A stretch of 23,937 nucleotides of DNA, taken from the NCBI GenBank assembly GCA_002189035.1, contig NEEC01000495.1:1-23937 (forward strand), given 5' to 3'. This DNA is from Utricularia gibba. Lineage: Eukaryota > Plantae > Magnoliophyta. The notes under the pieces are model-generated. The model was not told where the DNA came from. It saw only the letters and a program-made list of their open reading frames with translations, and did not search any database. Positions 23,623 to 23,937 of this stretch are shown piece by piece. The number at the start of each line of letters is the position of its first letter. Position 1 is the stretch's first letter. The translations under genes and the position numbers were made by a program.

Positions 23623-23937
23623 GTTAATAAATGCATCAATTTTTTTGCCGGCTACAAATGACTCTGGGCCGAGCTCGACTCGACCTCCTGCTCGATACCG
23701 TTGCCCACGAGAGTGCCTTATCAAATATAAAGCATGCGGTTGAGAAACCATTTTGGGTGCTCATGAATCCTAACTTCAATAACTGCATCACGATTTTCGT
23801 CGAGTAGGACCCGATGTGGCAAAGGAGTCAGACCGAACCTATGGTCAGAACGAAGTTCCAAAAGACATCACCCGCCCAGAAACGACAAGCTTTTCCTTGA
23901 GAAACCATGTAGGCAGCCTATTAAAACCAACGTTAAT

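Larger units (their letters stand above)
1..23937. repeat. Tandem satellite DNA array, ~78 head-to-tail monomers, consensus ~313-314 bp, ~53% AT
   Basis: The anchor GTTAATAAATGCAT recurs at 5, 307, 618 (variant GTTAATTAATGCAT), 931, 1240, 1550 ... 23314, 23623, 23932 (truncated). That gives 78 intervals over 23927 bp, all in one orientation, with no unique sequence between them. Consensus: GTTAATAAATGCATCAAGTTTTTTGCCGAGCTACAAATGACTATGGGCCCGAGCTCGACTCGACCTCCTGCTCGATACCGTTGCCCCACGAGAGCGCCTTATCAAATATAAAGCATGCGGTTGAGAAAACCATTTTGGGTGCTCATGAAATCCTAACTTCAATAACTGCATCACGATTTTCGTCGAGTAGGACCCGATGTGGCAAAGGAGTCAGACCGAACCTTGGGTCAGAACGAAGTTCCAAAAGACATCACCCGCCCAGAAACGACAAGCTTTTCCTTGAGAAACCATGTAGGCAGCCTATTAAAACCAAC (167/314 A+T by hand count). 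Confidence 0.99.
1..23937. other. Candidate identity: Silene latifolia subtelomeric SacI / X43.1-type 313-bp satellite (plant heterochromatin)
   Basis: Consensus ~313-314 bp, ~53% AT and a SacI site (GAGCTC, e.g. 55-60) in most monomers. This matches my recollection of the S. latifolia SacI family (about 313 bp, about 53% AT, subtelomeric). No sequence alignment was possible, so this is inference from summary properties only. Confidence 0.55.

Noticed and set aside
1-23937. CRISPR-like reading (constant block plus variable block)
   Set aside because: The variable parts are alleles of one sequence, not unique spacers. The period of ~310 bp is far above CRISPR repeat-spacer size, and there are no cas genes.
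1-23937. 5S rDNA or tRNA/snRNA gene tandem array (similar unit size)
   Set aside because: No recognisable 5S rRNA sequence, Pol III box A/C or B elements, or cloverleaf in the consensus on either strand.
1-23937. Phased A-tracts causing intrinsic DNA curvature
   Set aside because: A/T runs are present but I could not see regular 10-11-bp phasing, and run lengths are the least reliable part of this sequence.

Overview
The whole 23.9-kb window is one uninterrupted, head-to-tail satellite DNA array. It holds about 78 monomers (79 copies of the anchor GTTAATAAATGCAT, from 5 to 23932). Observed monomer lengths are 281-314 bp (mean about 307), and my hand-built consensus is about 314 bp and about 53% AT. 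I see no genes, RNA genes, transposon insertions, inversions or telomere repeats; every ORF in the track is a reading frame through the repeat. The array has three levels of structure: each monomer is an old dimer of two ~157-bp subunits, monomers fall into variant classes (called A, B, C here), and runs of strictly alternating B-A monomers form a ~610-625-bp higher-order repeat broken by C-type monomers. Monomer length, AT content and a SacI site fit my recollection of the Silene latifolia subtelomeric SacI/X43.1 satellite, but this is unverified without BLAST. Length variation is mostly deletion and homopolymer noise, suggesting under-polished long-read sequence, so fine variant calls need caution. 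I found no new gene system; the interest lies in the repeat architecture. All counts were made by eye.
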